Positions 1 through 13,428 of a stretch of DNA of 64,000 bases are shown piece after piece. Source of the DNA: Camelus dromedarius. Taxonomy: Eukaryota. Both the position numbers and the translations under genes were made by a program. The DNA lies in contig NC_087448.1 of the NCBI RefSeq assembly GCF_036321535.1, positions 60,512,001-60,576,000 of the forward strand. The letters run 5' to 3'. The notes under the pieces were generated by a model. That model had not been told where the DNA came from, searched no databases, and worked only from the letters and a program-made list of their open reading frames with translations. Positions within the stretch are counted from its first letter, which is position 1. Each line of letters opens with the position of its first letter.

Positions 1-3000
1 ATGTTTCAAACTACACTCACAAAAGAAAAACCAGATTGGTGCTGAGATGAGCTTCTGTTGTGGTCAGGTTGGATGTATAGGGGGGCTTGTTATCAGCCTT
101 GTCAGAGAGCTGAACCTCACTGTCGTGCCTTGCTCATTGTATTACCTAACAGAACTAAATCACATCTTAACAGGCATCATATTCTGTTAAGTAATTCAGA
201 ATTAATAGAGTTAATATAATGTAAAAATACAATCTGTGTATAAATGTCATGCCTGTACAATATAGATAATTATACAGTTTTAATTGGGAAGTCTAATCAA
301 CTAAAAAAACGTTTTCTGAGAATCAAAGAGACTGACATAAAATTTAAATGCAAAACTTAAAATGAAAACACGTAAATATTAAAAAATTATAAATGTATGC
401 GTATGGAGCCATATCACTTCAGAAGTCCTGAACACTGAAGAGATCCTGGCTCTCCCCCTCATTCCCTAACCCATATTTAATTCAAAGACAGAAATTTAAC
501 CTATGAAATCAATGTAAAGTTAGCCCTACAAAGTTCTGATTTTCCCAAAAAGACACTGAATTTCTTTTTTGGATGGAAATACTAAATATCAAAAAATCTC
601 TCTTTCTCTCTCTATCCTGATTAGCTGATATCACTGGTGGGTTATTTTTATATATGAATTTTTCCCTTGGGGAAATTTAATACTTCATGTGGGATCACTT
701 CCTTGCCCCCTTTTTCAGATTTAACTTTGAGGGACCATAAATAGGAGATGTGTATTCTTCAGTCATGAGATGGGTTTAGCACTGCAACAGTGAAAAGCTG
801 TCTCTGATTTACAAACACTGGGATCATGCTTTTTTCTTTGCTAAGAATCTCATGTGAAAAAACTGGAGTTTGGAGGAGGAAGGAGAAAGAGTAGGTAATT
901 GAAAGGTTTGTGCGTGAGAACAGTTGAGGATTGGGGACACCTAAGCGTGGGCAAGGGCTGCTGCAGAAAGTAGGTTGGCAGATGCCAAAGGTGGCAATCA
1001 CCTATTTGGGCTAATTTGGTATTAAAAGCCACCTGTACTAGAGGTTGAGAGGGTCTTAGCGGGCTGGCCACGGAATTTATCAGCATTGAGAACATCGTTT
1101 CTATAAGAAAATGAATTCCAATTTCCAAATGACTAGACAGAAATGAACACCACTTGTTCAGAAAGTGGGGCCGCCAGGGGTTAATGACATGAAAGATGAT
1201 TACCAATGATGAGAGATTCTTAGAAGCCAATGCATGTGAGAAAACTGTGTTAAGCTAAAAAAATTTCAGGTCCTGAGTGGGTTTCCTTCACTTGTTGATG
1301 CATTTTATTATTCGTGCCCTGTTTTCTGGTGGTAGTAGAATTTCATTTTAGGAGCAGAAGTTGGATGAGATGTTTGTCAAAGACAAACCTTTGTGCACAT
1401 AAATGCTTCACTTAGGATTTATTGGTTATTATGTGTTTATGTGGAGCAGTCATTAGGTGTTGCTGTGCAAACAATGGCAGGTTGGTGCCTGGTTCTTGCT
1501 TCCAAGAAGTGGCACCTCCTTTCTATGGTCATTGATACAGTTTATTGCAAATATGAGTTTAAAAGAAAATTTTTTAATACTGTATTGATTATGTCTTGGG
1601 GTTTTAAAATGTGATTTTTGTGGATGTCATAGTTGCTTTAGAAAGTTTATATATTTGGTTATTCACTCAACGTCATTTACTCTGTGCCTGCTGTACCTAA
1701 ACCGCCTGTGATAGGCCCTGAACCAGGCCTTTGGGACCACCTAGAAAGGTAACCACATAAAGTAACATAAAAAAATAAAATCCTAGTCTCCAGGCTTTCT
1801 TAGCTTAATTAGAGAGGGACAGATCAGGAAAGCAAATATCAAAATGTTCACCCCAGAGTAAGATTTTTTTTTAATGCAAAAAAATTGTGATCTATTAGGA
1901 TTTCTCCAATTTTTCCTGGTTAGAATTCCATTTTTACTGTGTGTGAATTTTGAGTCAGTCTTGACAAGGGTAATCAGAATGGTACCATTTGGGATTTGGG
2001 ACTCTAACTAGAGGTAAAATAGAAGGCAGTGTGGAAATAGGGATTCTGGCAGTAAGTCCTTGTGACAACTGAAGGATGCTGACGCTGTCCCTAGGCCTGG
2101 AATCACACCCCTGTGTCCTCCAGGAGAGCGAGCCATTGCTTCTCCGACCTCCCCCTCCCCCTCTGCTGGTTGAGGAGGGAGTCTGCACAGCCCCTTCTAC
2201 AGAAAACCTCCCCCGGGCCTTTTACTAACAGTTACTATAATGTACCTGTCACCAATAATGTGTTTAGATTTCTGTCTCCCCCTGTAGACTATTCATCATA
2301 GAGGGCAGGGGCTATGTTTTCTCTTGAAATGCGGGGGAGGCATTTGGATTTTAATCTGTAGGCACAAGAGAACTATTCAGTGTTAACCTGTGGTCAAAAG
2401 AGAAATACTAAAGCGTTTGAACAGGAGAATCACGTAATCAAAGGGGTGTTTGAAGGCCAGCGAAGACCATTTGAAGTGGCATGGTGTGTCTGAAAGCCCA
2501 TGTTACCACCTAGCGAAGCTGGTGAGACGGTGGTTGACACACCATGAACACCTTTGGCAGCTAAAAATGTGAGCTTCCTCGAACGGCCTTCCGTAACACA
2601 GCTCATTAGTGGTTCTTCTCCATCAGTTTATAATCTCACCCTTCAGGCAGCCTTTGGCCAGGAAACTCAACCTCCCACAATACACAATCAATAAAACTTT
2701 TTAAGTTGCCCACACATCATTTTTAAGGACATTTGAATTGTTATTCATAGCCATTTAACACTTTGGAGCTCTTCAAGTACAGCTCGGTGTTCTCCATAAC
2801 ATCACCTCAAGTAGATGGACTATGAAACCCACAGGGAGGAGATGCATTATGTAATTCTGCCTTTCAGAAGAATTTATTGTATCACATCAGCAAAGCAATG
2901 GGCTTTAGGTCAGCAGTTAACTATTGCATAGGGTTTAATAATAGAATGGTATCGATGAAACTGGATTTTACCTTCATTCAGGCATCATTTATTGTGCACC

Positions 3001-5189
3001 AGACCTGGTGGTAGGCTGTACGTGGCGTGGCCTGTGGCCTTTAGAAGGAGCTTGGCATCTCTGGGGAAAACAAGAAGACATAAGGAGTCAGGTGTGATGG
3101 TGCTTTTGTGGAGGTCGGTGCTGGGTGCTGGGTGCTTGGAGAGCCCAGAGGAGGTGTGCGGAGCTGGTTCACAATGCAGCCTGGGGGCCACGGGGAAGTG
3201 GGCTTCCAGCTCCATCCTGAAGGAAGAGCAGGATGTCGCTGCACACAGGCCTCCTGGGCAGATGGGAGGGAGTCCGGGCCAAGGGAGAATTGATGAGGTT
3301 GGGCATGTAGTGGGGAGGCCAGCGTGTGAAGAGTCTGGTTTGAAATTAGACACTAGAAGCATCGAATCAGCCCTTGCCCCGCAACAGTATTTACTGTTGT
3401 TTTTCATATAAGATATATAAATGCATACTCAGAGTAACAACTTGGATGACAATATTTTAAAGCACACACAAAGCACTTTTAATCCCAGCCCCTGGAAGTC
3501 GTCACTGTCCGTTCGGCTGCAGACTCAGCCAGGTGTGACTCGGGAGCAGAACAGGGTCAGCTCTGCAGTCCCAGTGACACTGCTGATTCACTCCAAGCTT
3601 GGGAACCAGAAAAACATGCTTGCTGTTTAAACTGAGTTGAAAATAGTTGCAAATAAGGCCCTGCGCGATCGTTTTTGTACACCGAACTGGTAACACATCT
3701 ATTTTGGCAGACAGAACTCTTTTTTGCTTGTTGCTTGTTCTCTGTTATGTTTTGTACAGACGCAGTTGCTGGACAGTCGAACTGAGTTCAGTTTTCACTT
3801 CATCTCTGTCAGGGTCCGTCTGTCTTCTCTCCTTCTCCCTCTTTCTGTCTGGTCCTGGAATTATATAGAAAGTATATATTGTGGGTTCAGAATTTCTTTT
3901 TTTTTGAAGTTATAGAATATTGTAATCTAAATTATACAAAATTCAGAACATCTCCCATGAAGTTACTCAACAGTCTGCAAGAAAACTCAAGAAGATAATT
4001 CACTGTATGGGCTCAGAATTTCTATCCACCAGCTCTGCTGGCTGATTAATGGCAGCTGATTGGAAAGAAAATGATGGCGTAATTTTAATTCCTGATGAAA
4101 TGCTGATATGTTGAGATGGTTGAGATACTGTATTTTTGATGTGAACGTTTATCTTCACCTCACCTTTTTTCCCCTTCTTCGCCTCTGATTTGTATCTGAG
4201 ATTTTTTTTTCTTTCTCTTTTTTCCTTCTTTTTTGGGACACCTTTTATTTCTACAATGAGGAATGCAGAAAGAATAAGGAGAGATATAACTACTTGTTGA
4301 TAATAAAAAAGAGTATCCTTACATAGTTTGCAGTTTTCAAATTGCTTTTGTACACATCCTCTCAGTATGAAAGGTAACAATTATTGTTTTGGTTTTACAG
4401 AGGAGGGAACAAGATGGAAGTGGTTAGTTACTTAAAGGTCCCAGTTAGTTAGGGATGGAGCTTGACTCAGGTCTTCATCCTTCAGTTCCTGTTTTTAATT
4501 CATTACATCATGTAGCCTCTTGCTCATGGAGTCACTAAATTAAGGACCTTTCCAAAGTTGGATAATAAAATATCACACTTGAGGGGTGGCGCACAGTGTT
4601 TCCAAGCATAGGCTGTCAGTGGGAAGGGTAGAGGTTGGAATGCTAGAAACTTACGCCATTATCTTCCTGAGGTGGTGTTGATAGTCTCTAAGTGTTATGA
4701 GTTGCTTACTCTTAAAATGTTTAATCTTGCTCTGAATATTCAAAATACTACATATTTTCCCCTTTTTCTGAGTGTTAGAAGCAAACATTATTTTTAAAAC
4801 CGTACTTCCCTCTTCCGCCCCAAACTACCACCATCAGAGAAAATTGATATGTTTCTATGAATCGGCATTAAGTGGAAGAAAGGATCTGAGAGGCAGGCAG
4901 GAAGCTGGGATGTCACAGAACCGTGACGGCCTGCAGTGAGTGTGGGCTGCTTCCGGGAGACTAACCTACCTGACGGGGCCTGGGTGTGTGTGCAGACTGC
5001 CCAGCGTTTCATCTGTCAGGGATTCCAGTTTCTTTCAAGGCTTCTGTGTACCAGTGGCACATTTCCCAATGCAAATTTAGAGTTTTAAGAAAACCTTCTA
5101 ATTTTGGCGGAGGGAGGCTTTAAATTTGTAAAATCCCTTAAAGGTGGTGAGGGAGCAAATTATTAAAACATTCGGAAGAAGACTTTTCT

Positions 5190-6110
5190 TGTGATAAAAC
5201 ACACATAAAGTTTACCATTTTAACCATTTCTAAGTATACAGTTCAGCGAGTTGCAAATCAAATGCACAATTAAGTGCATTCACATTGCTGTGCTGCCATA
5301 CCTCTCCATCTCCAGGACTTTTTCATCTTCCCAAACTGTAACTCTGCACCCATTAAACAGAAATTCCCCACTCCCCTTCCTCCCAGTCCTGGTAATCTCT
5401 ATTCTGCTTTCTGTGTCTGAGTTTGCCTACTTTGTTTACCCCATGAAAGTAGAGTATACAAAGTTTGCTTTTTGTCTCTAGCTCNNNNNNNNNNNNNNNN
5501 NNNNNNNNNNNNNNNNNNNNNNNNNNNNNNNNNNNNNNNNNNNNNNNNNNNNNNNNNNNNNNNNNNNNNNNNNNNNNNNNNNNNNNNNNNNNNNNNNNNN
5601 NNNNNNNNNNNNNNNNNNNNNNNNNNNNNNNNCTGCCTTTTGGCTACAGTGAATCATGATGCTGTGAGCATTGGTCTACAAGTGTCTGAGCACCTCTTCT
5701 CAGTTCCTTTGTGTTCATACCTAGGAGTGCAATTACTGGGTCATATGGTAATTTGGCAGTTAATTTTTAAGGACCTGTCAAACTGCTGAGCCATTTTACA
5801 TTCCTACCAACAGTGCACAAAGGCTCTGATTTTTCCACGTCCTTGCCAGCACTTGTTGGTTTCTGTTTTGTTGATAACAGCNNNNNNNNNNNNNNNNNNN
5901 NNNNNNNNNNNNNNNNNNNNNNNNNNNNNNNNNNNNNNNNNNNNNNNNNNNNNNNNNNNNNNNNNNNNNNNNNNNNNNNNNNNNNNNNNNNNNNNNNNNN
6001 NNNNNNNNNNNNNNNNTGCCCAATTTAAATTGAGTTGTTTGGTTTTTTGTTGTTGAATTATTTATATATTCTGGATGTGAATCCCTTATCGGTTGTGTGA
6101 TTTCTTTGGA
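5190..6110 (-). mobile_element. Old L1 3' end (L1MB-like), interrupted by N gaps
   Basis: Typical reverse-complement L1 3'UTR phrases (aagtttaccattttaaccatttctaagtatacagttc; ccaggactttttcatcttcccaaactg; gtgcaattactgggtcatatggta). Confidence 0.8.
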
Positions 6111-6702
6111 ATGTGGTTTTTATGGAAAGTGTCAAAAAAACTACTATAAGTATTTTCCACCTATTTGTGTATATGACTTTTCACATTTAAGAATTCTGTG
6201 GAATTTCATAACATAATAGTCATATAAATAAAAGGAGTCAAATTCTTTTTTAAATTGTTTCTAAGACCCACTAATCTTAGGTCACATTAATTTTAAACAA
6301 ATCACGGTTAGATTAGAGGATATCTAGCCAGCATGAGAGGTAACAGTCCAGTGTGTGATACAACATTCAGTGACACAGCATTTTTTCTGCAAATGAGATT
6401 AGAAGGTCCATTTAGCCTTGTAGCTCTAGACATTTGGATCGCTGAAGAAAAATTAGCTGCCTTCCCCTGGAGTCTGTTTTTTCCTCCTCAGATCCTCCTC
6501 ATTTCAGAGATTTTGTTTAAGAACATTGTAAATCAACTAGATTAGAAATAGGAATTTTTAAAACTTTCTTCTAGTTCTGCTTTTGACATATTGATCCATT
6601 GATAGTGCTACTAAAAATCCAGCAGCAACTCTTAACTAAAAACAAAGATACTAAAAAAAAAAGTGTAAGACCTTTGAACAGGATAAGGACAATAAATATT
6701 TT

Positions 6703-7118
6703 TAGTCTCACTTATATGTGGAATCTAAAAAAAAAAAAAAAAGCAGAAATGAAAAACAAAAAACCAAGGTCATAGATACAGAGAAAAGATTGGTGATCAC
6801 TGCAGAGGTGGGGGGGTAGGGGCACAATAGGTGAAGAGGGTCAAAACGTATAAGCTGTCAGTTATAAAATAAGTTATAAGGATGTGCTATACAGCATGGT
6901 GGCATATGATAATACTGTCTTGTATTGCATATTAGAAAGTTGCTAAGAGAGTAAATCTTAAAAGTTCTCATCACATGGAAAAAATGTGTATAACTATGTG
7001 TGGTGACAGATGGTAACTAGACTTACTGTGGTGATTATTTTGCAATATATGCAAATGTCAAATCATTATCTTGCACACCTGAAACTAATGTAAAGATGTA
7101 TGTCAACTATACTTCAGT
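6703..7118 (+). mobile_element. L1 3' end (L1MA-like)
   Basis: tctcacttatatgtggaatctaaaaaa; catagatacagagaaaagattggtg; aaagttgctaagagagtaaatcttaaaagttctcatcac; cacctgaaactaatgtaa. Confidence 0.8.
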
Positions 7119-7217
7119 TAGGAAAATAAGATTGTTAGGAAGAATAGACTAGAGGAGAGGAAGAGAACAAATAGAGTAGAATGACCGGGGGTCAATTTGA
7201 AGACATGAAGGTCTTGT

Positions 7218-7335
7218 GGGGAGGGTAGAGCTCAGTGGTAGAGTGCGTGCTCAGCAGGCACGAGGTTCTGGGTTCAATCCCCAGTTCCTCCATTAAAATA
7301 ATTAATTAATTACCTTCCCCTTAAAAGGGAAAAAC
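7218..7335 (+). mobile_element. tRNA-derived SINE (camelid Vic-1-like)
   Basis: ggggagggtagagctcagtggtagag (A box) ... gggttcaatcccc (B box), followed by an AT-rich tail (ttaaaataattaattaattacc). Confidence 0.8.
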
Positions 7336-7346
7336 AAAGTCTAGTT

Positions 7347-7595
7347 CAGCTTTTCTGAGCCCTAGCTCCACTGGCCTTTGGGGTCGGATGATTCTTCATT
7401 GAGGGGTGCCGTCCTCTCTCTGTTGTAGGATGTTTAGCAACATCCCTGGCCTCTACCCACTAGATGCCAGGGGCACCTTGTCCCTCCAGCCCAGTTGTGG
7501 CAAAAACGCCTCCAGATTTGTCACATGACCCATTGTGGTGGAGAGCGGGGGCGAAAATGCCTCATCTTCCTAGTCTGGGGTAATAAGAGCCTGAA
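7347..7595 (-). mobile_element. MER20 (hAT) DNA transposon relic
   Basis: tgttgtaggatgtttagcaacatccctggcctctacccactagatgccag matches the reverse complement of the MER20 core. Confidence 0.8.
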
Positions 7596-9349
7596 CTGAG
7601 TTCTAACAGCAGAATGATGATAAAAAGAGGATAACAAGTGAAATTTTGAGTAAAACAAGTTTCTGGTAATTAATTTTATGAAGCAGTTTCTATTTCCCAG
7701 GCACCAGCACTAGGAGACATAGTCATTTAGCATAAATAATAATAAACGTTTATTAAATGCTGATTTTATGCGAGGGGTTGATAGTAATAAGTATTTCTTA
7801 AATGCTGATTTTATTCGAGGGATGGGCATGACAGAGATAAGTAAGACGGTCTCTGTCCTTAAAGACTTTGATGTTTAATAGAAGAGAGACATATGAACAA
7901 ATAAATTACGATCCAAAATGAAAACAGTGCTGCGTACAAGCTACAGACTGAGAGGACAGTTCTGTCTGGGGACATCACAGAGGCACTGGTACTGGGCTGG
8001 GTTTGAGGGATGCGTAACAGTTTTGCCTCCTGGAGACGGTTTTGCAGATGAGGCGGTGAATTGCATATGGTCTTTGAGTCGCTTAGTTAAAGACCAAGTT
8101 GAGGCAAAGCTCTCTCCAGACTGTCCCCTCTGCCCAGGGAATAAAACTCCCAGATCATAATTAAACCTGGGGTGATGGCCTGGAGCAATTGTGCATTTTC
8201 CCTGAGGCTTTGAGTAGAGCATTTAGCACCTGGCAAATCCCAGAGCTGAGCCATTTTAGTGATGGTTTCTGTTCTTCACATATTGTCTTAAATCATGATC
8301 AGATGAGGAGGTATGTGTCTAATTCCCATAACAAATCAGACTTTATGCCAAATTATATCAGCACCACCTTGTTGATTTTGAGAAAGTCAAATAAGAGGCA
8401 TTTTTGAATCCTCTGGTGAACAGTTTCTTTATTAACCAGTAGGTGTGCTGTAATGGAACCTAGAAACAGATGGGGCCATGTGGCTTGATTTGTGAAGTGG
8501 CAGTATATTCCTTAATCTCATAGCAGCAGTATCTGGTATTATGCAGGACAAAATGCAATTATTCAGTGGCAGTGTACAAAATAGAGTGGAGTTCTTCATG
8601 CTGCCTTAATTATCTACATTTAAATTTCTTTATAGAGAAAAAGAAAGTAATGAGCGTCAAAGAAAATCCCTAATGCATTTCTCTTAAACTGCACTGCGTG
8701 TATCCTAGCTCTGCTTTTTTTCCGCTGGCTTCTGTCCCATTAGTAACAGTAGTGTTCAGACTTGCTGATGTCACTGCCCACTTCTGTAATTTGACTAAAT
8801 GTGATAAATGTGTTTATTTAAGATTTTGTTCAGAATTTGTTTAAAAGGTCAGTATGGGACTTTTGCATTGCAGGGTATGTTTCCCAATAGGATTATAAAA
8901 TTACACTAATTATCAGGAATAGTTATTTACATATACTGAAAGCTCTGGAGACTGACGGTAGGATGCAGACCTCTTTTCCCTCTCAGTTCAGAGAAAATGG
9001 TTCATTGTTATTCTGCATCGTCTTACCTGATGTCGTGTTTTTGAAAAATATAAAATGTTCAATGTGATAGCAACGAAGTGACTTTTAGCCTTAGTACGTT
9101 TGAATTACTGAAGACTGACTCACACAGCAGAATGTCTGCTGCTGCTCCTGCCTCCTGACAATAAAGTTTTGAAAGGGTCCCTTGTCACTGGAGCCCAAGC
9201 CTCAGTGACCCCACCTTCCTACTATTGCAGCTCTCCTCTCACAGGATTTGATCAACTGTGGTCTTGTCTTCCTCCCTCCTCTCTCCTTTCCTCCTCTCAC
9301 CGCCACAGTTTTCTCTGAGCTGTGGATGATTCTGTCTCCTCAGGATCCC

Positions 9350-9490
9350 ATTCATTCATTTAGTGAATACTAAGCATCTATTATGTGATAAACCCGATTC
9401 TAGGAGCTGGGCTACAGCAGTGAACAAAACGGACAAAAACCCACGTCCAAGTAGAGCCCCTGTTGTAGTGGGAGAGAAGAGACAATAAAT
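9350..9490 (-). mobile_element. L2 3' fragment
   Basis: cattcattcatttagtgaatactaagcatctattatgtg...gctgggctacagcagtgaacaaaacggacaaaaaccc. Confidence 0.7.
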
Positions 9491-9554
9491 AGTAAAAATA
9501 AATAAAATACAACACAGTCTTGAAAAAGGAGAGAATAAGGCTCATGCTTCCCAG

Positions 9555-10485
9555 TTGCAAACTACAAAGCTGCAGAAATCAAAATAGTGTGGTAGTTAGA
9601 GAGATCAATGTCATAGAATTGAAAGTTCGGAAACAAAACCAACCATCTGTGGACCTATGGCTGATTGATTTTTGACAAAGGTGTGAAGACCACTCTGGAG
9701 AAAGAATAATCTCTTCAACAAATGGTGCTGGGACAACTGGGTATCCACATGCAAAAGAGTGGAGTTGGACTCCTGTTTCACACTGTACACAATAATTGCC
9801 TGAAAATGATCCAAGACCTAACTAAAAGAGCTAAAACCATAAAACTCTTAGAAAAAGGCACAGGGGTAAAATATTCATGACTTTGAATTTGGCAGTGAAT
9901 TCCCAGACAGGACACCAAAAGCACAAGTAATAGAAGAAAAAGTAAATAATTTGGACTTCATCAAAATTAAAAACTTCTGTACATCAAAGGGCATTATCAT
10001 GAAGGTAAAAAGACAACATACAGAAGGGGAAATATTTGCAAATCATATATCTCAGTGTCTATCCAGAATATACAAAGAACTCTTTATATATTACAGTGCA
10101 ACACAAAAAGACTATCAANNNNNNNNNNNNNNNNNNNNNNNNNNNNNNNNNNNNNNNNNNNNNNNNNNNNNNNNNNNNNNNNNNNNNNNNNNNNNNNNNN
10201 NNNNNNNNNNNNNNNNNNNNNNNNNNNNNNNNNNNNNNNNNNNNNNNNNNNNCTTCACATCTACTAGGGGGATTGTAATGGACAGAGACCTGGAGAATAA
10301 CAAGTGTTGGTGAGGATGTGGAGAAATTGGAATGCATACATTTCTGCTGGGAATGTAGTTTTTCAGTTGCTGTGGAAAACATAAAATTATCATAGGACTC
10401 AGCAGTTCCACTCCTAGGTGTATACCCAACAGACCTGAAAACAGGAACTCCAACCAATATTCACAAATGTCCATAGCAACATTTT
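9555..10485 (+). mobile_element. L1 ORF2 C-terminal fragment
   Basis: ttcaacaaatggtgctgggacaactgggtatccacatgc; the frame DFIKIKNFCTSKGIIMKVKRQHTEGEIFANHISQCLSRIYKEL resembles ORF2p. Confidence 0.88.
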
Positions 10486-13235
10486 GTTTTAGCAGTTACT
10501 CTGAAACTGTTGAAAACCAACTTGTAAAATCTGTACAGGAAGTGATCAAAATCTATTTTTTTCAAGTTATGGCACAAGAAAGTATTATAAGTGAAATAAA
10601 AATGCTACTTAGAATTAAAATTGAAAGTTGAATATCATTCTGACTACCACAAACATTGGAAACAATATTTAATAACATGAAAATGCTTACAGTATTTCAT
10701 TCATTGAAAAGGTCAGAATATAAGACATCTGTGAACTAATCCTATTTTTAAATGTTTATTTAGAGGAAAGACTTGAAAATTCATAAAAATTAACAATGAT
10801 TAGCATTTCTGTGTGAATGAACAGTGGTTATTTAAGCCTTCTTTTTAAGAAATGTTCCCATGTTTTTCTAGGGTTTTTTTTTTTCTTTCATGAACACAAA
10901 ATGATTTTATATTCTGTGTAGTCTTCTAGGCTCTACTTTGTCATTTAACTTTTTATCTCTAAGAATAACCCTTGTTTGTCAGGACAGTGAATGTATTTTT
11001 ATTACTCTCTAATGTTTCACTGTGAGATTATTCCATCTTTTATCTATTCGTTCTCTAGTTGATGGGGTTCTATAACCCAAAAGGAGAGAGACACAATCGC
11101 TCTCTCTTTCTGTATCTATGAATCTATCACCTCAAAAACTTCAGGATACCCTACTTTTCCCTCCTCTGAGCAATGACTGATAAAAATCCAGTCTTTTTTT
11201 TTTAAATGCTGTTAGAACCTAATAAATTGATTGTCTTAATCATTTGTACTTGAGGATTGAAAACTAGGACCCACACCAGGTTGTGGAATTGCTCAGTCTA
11301 ATGATACGCAAATTTCAGCTTCAAGAGCTGATAGCAGATTGCTTCCCAAATGCTGATCCATCTATTCAAATCAACTTTTGTTAATTACATTCTTATCAAC
11401 ACTTGGTACTTCAGACAGAGTTAGGTTTTCAACAAGAAGTCTATTAACTTAACAAACCAAGTGAGGACAGGTTAATGATTTTTGCTCACGTTCTAATCTT
11501 ACGACTAAAAATTTCTAGCCAAATAAAGTGCCAGGATTTCTGGAAGACTGGGGAACACTGAGTTTTTCTGTATTCTGCTTGAGTTCTTGCTTGGCAGTGT
11601 CTTCACATTCTCTTTGCTTAAAAGTACATCTTGCTGTAGTTGCTGTTTGTTTTGCTGCTCAAGTATGCAAGTCGTGATCTACCTCAGTTGTGGCTTCATG
11701 CTGGATTATTTTAACTTTAAGCATCACTGAAATATTATCTGCCACGTAACAATTAAACCGACTGAGAAAACAGCTATGTTGTCCCTGATGCATGGAACAC
11801 ATTTCACTCTAAAAAGACTGAAATTTTTATGGACGGTGGTGATGTTAGTTTTTAAAGCTCAAAGGATCAGTTAAGCATGAGCAGGCTGTTTGATGGAACG
11901 TTTTGGTTGATTTTGTCAAAATGCACTTTTTTGTAGACCCAGCCCGCCATCTGAGGCTTCACAGAGAGAACTAAGCTAGCTTGTGGCTCTGGTCATCATT
12001 TTTAAGTTGGAGGATGTCTTTCGTGCTGTTTTCTTTATACTTGCTAAGGGAGTGCCTCTTTGTGAAGGGGCACCTCCTCTTGGCTCTTGCCGTGTTTATG
12101 ACTCCTTAGCATGTAAGAAATCTACTTGTTAGTCTAGATTCCGTGACTAGATCTACAAAGGAAGAATTTTTGCTCTGCGCCATGATTGACTTCATTATTC
12201 CTGGCTATCCTCTTGGTTAATGCGCAATCAGCCATAACCCTGTAAGGCATTTTCCTTATGTCTGTCTGACCTGGGTGACTCCAACAGGAGGTAACTTCCC
12301 TCCAGAGTTTAATCTTTCAAGCCAGTGATACAATCAAGCCTAGTCACCTGGTAATGCCATGTTGTATATACTGCAATGATATTATCATCATCTTTGACAA
12401 AAATGTTTCCAGTGTGGTCCTGCAGCCTGTCATGCTCCTGGGCGTGTGTTCTTCTGGCTTGAGAACATACAGAACTCATTACAACAGATGAGCTCACTTT
12501 TACTCCAGCCCAGATACAGTTTTTCATTTTGTTTTGTTTTGTTTTTAGTTTCTGGAATTCTTTCTCAACAGTGAAAATCCAAATCTTAGATCTAAAGGAG
12601 CACTTGCTTGCACAATGGGAAAGTAGCACTTAACAGATACCAAATGTAGTGGAAGGAGGAGGTGAATTTTCAGCGCAGAAAGATTGGGAGTCAAGGCAGT
12701 GTCATTTCCTCAGTTACACGGTGTCTATGTGTTCAGAGAGAGCACGCGGAGAAAAGTGTAGCAAGTTGGAGCAGCTCAAGTTCATGTCTCATGGTCCATC
12801 CACAGGTCTAGGGGACAGGAAAACTGTCCTGGAGGTGCCAGTTACAGATTGTGGGTCTTGCTGGGCCTGGTACAACGAAGAAAATAGATTGCTTTTGGGC
12901 CAGACCAGAGTTTTACACTCTCTGCGGTGAAATCACTCTGTTGCCACCTATATTTAAAATGGAATAAAACAAAGCAAAATTCCCCCATCAACCACTTGGT
13001 AAAGCCAAAAATAGCCCCCCATTTATCTCTTGTTGCATTTTTAAGACTCTAAATATTTTGACATAGTTTAATGGCATTGTGTCCTGACTGAGATTCTTTT
13101 AATTCCTTGGGTAATTAGGACTTTGAATCTGGGAAGCTATTGTGTAATTTTAGCACACAATGTAGCACCCAGTGCATTGTAGAGACTCAGTAAATATTTG
13201 TTGACTGAATCAAAGAATGAATGAAAATGTGCAAG

Positions 13236-13428
13236 CTACCAGTCATAAAATAAACAAGTCACAGGGATGTAATGTATGGCCCAGGGCTGTAATGTACAGC
13301 ACAGGGAATAGAGTCAGTCATAGTAACTTTGTATGATGTGTAATCTGTGGAAATATCGAATCAGTATGGTATACACCTGAAACTAATATGATGTTGTAAG
13401 TCAAATATACTTCAATAAAAAAGAAAGA
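13236..13428 (+). mobile_element. Short L1 3' end
   Basis: cataaaataaacaagtcacagggatgtaatgta...tacacctgaaactaatatgatgttgtaagtcaaatatacttcaataaaaaagaaag. Confidence 0.75.

Noticed and set aside
7218-7295. tRNA-like sequences here and at 33898-33985 as tRNA genes
   Set aside because: A and B boxes are present, but they are followed by SINE-type AT-rich tails (with a TSD in the second case) and I could not fold a proper cloverleaf.
7753-7821. 24-bp direct repeat with a 45-bp period
   Set aside because: Small local duplication inside an L2-like relic with no functional indication.
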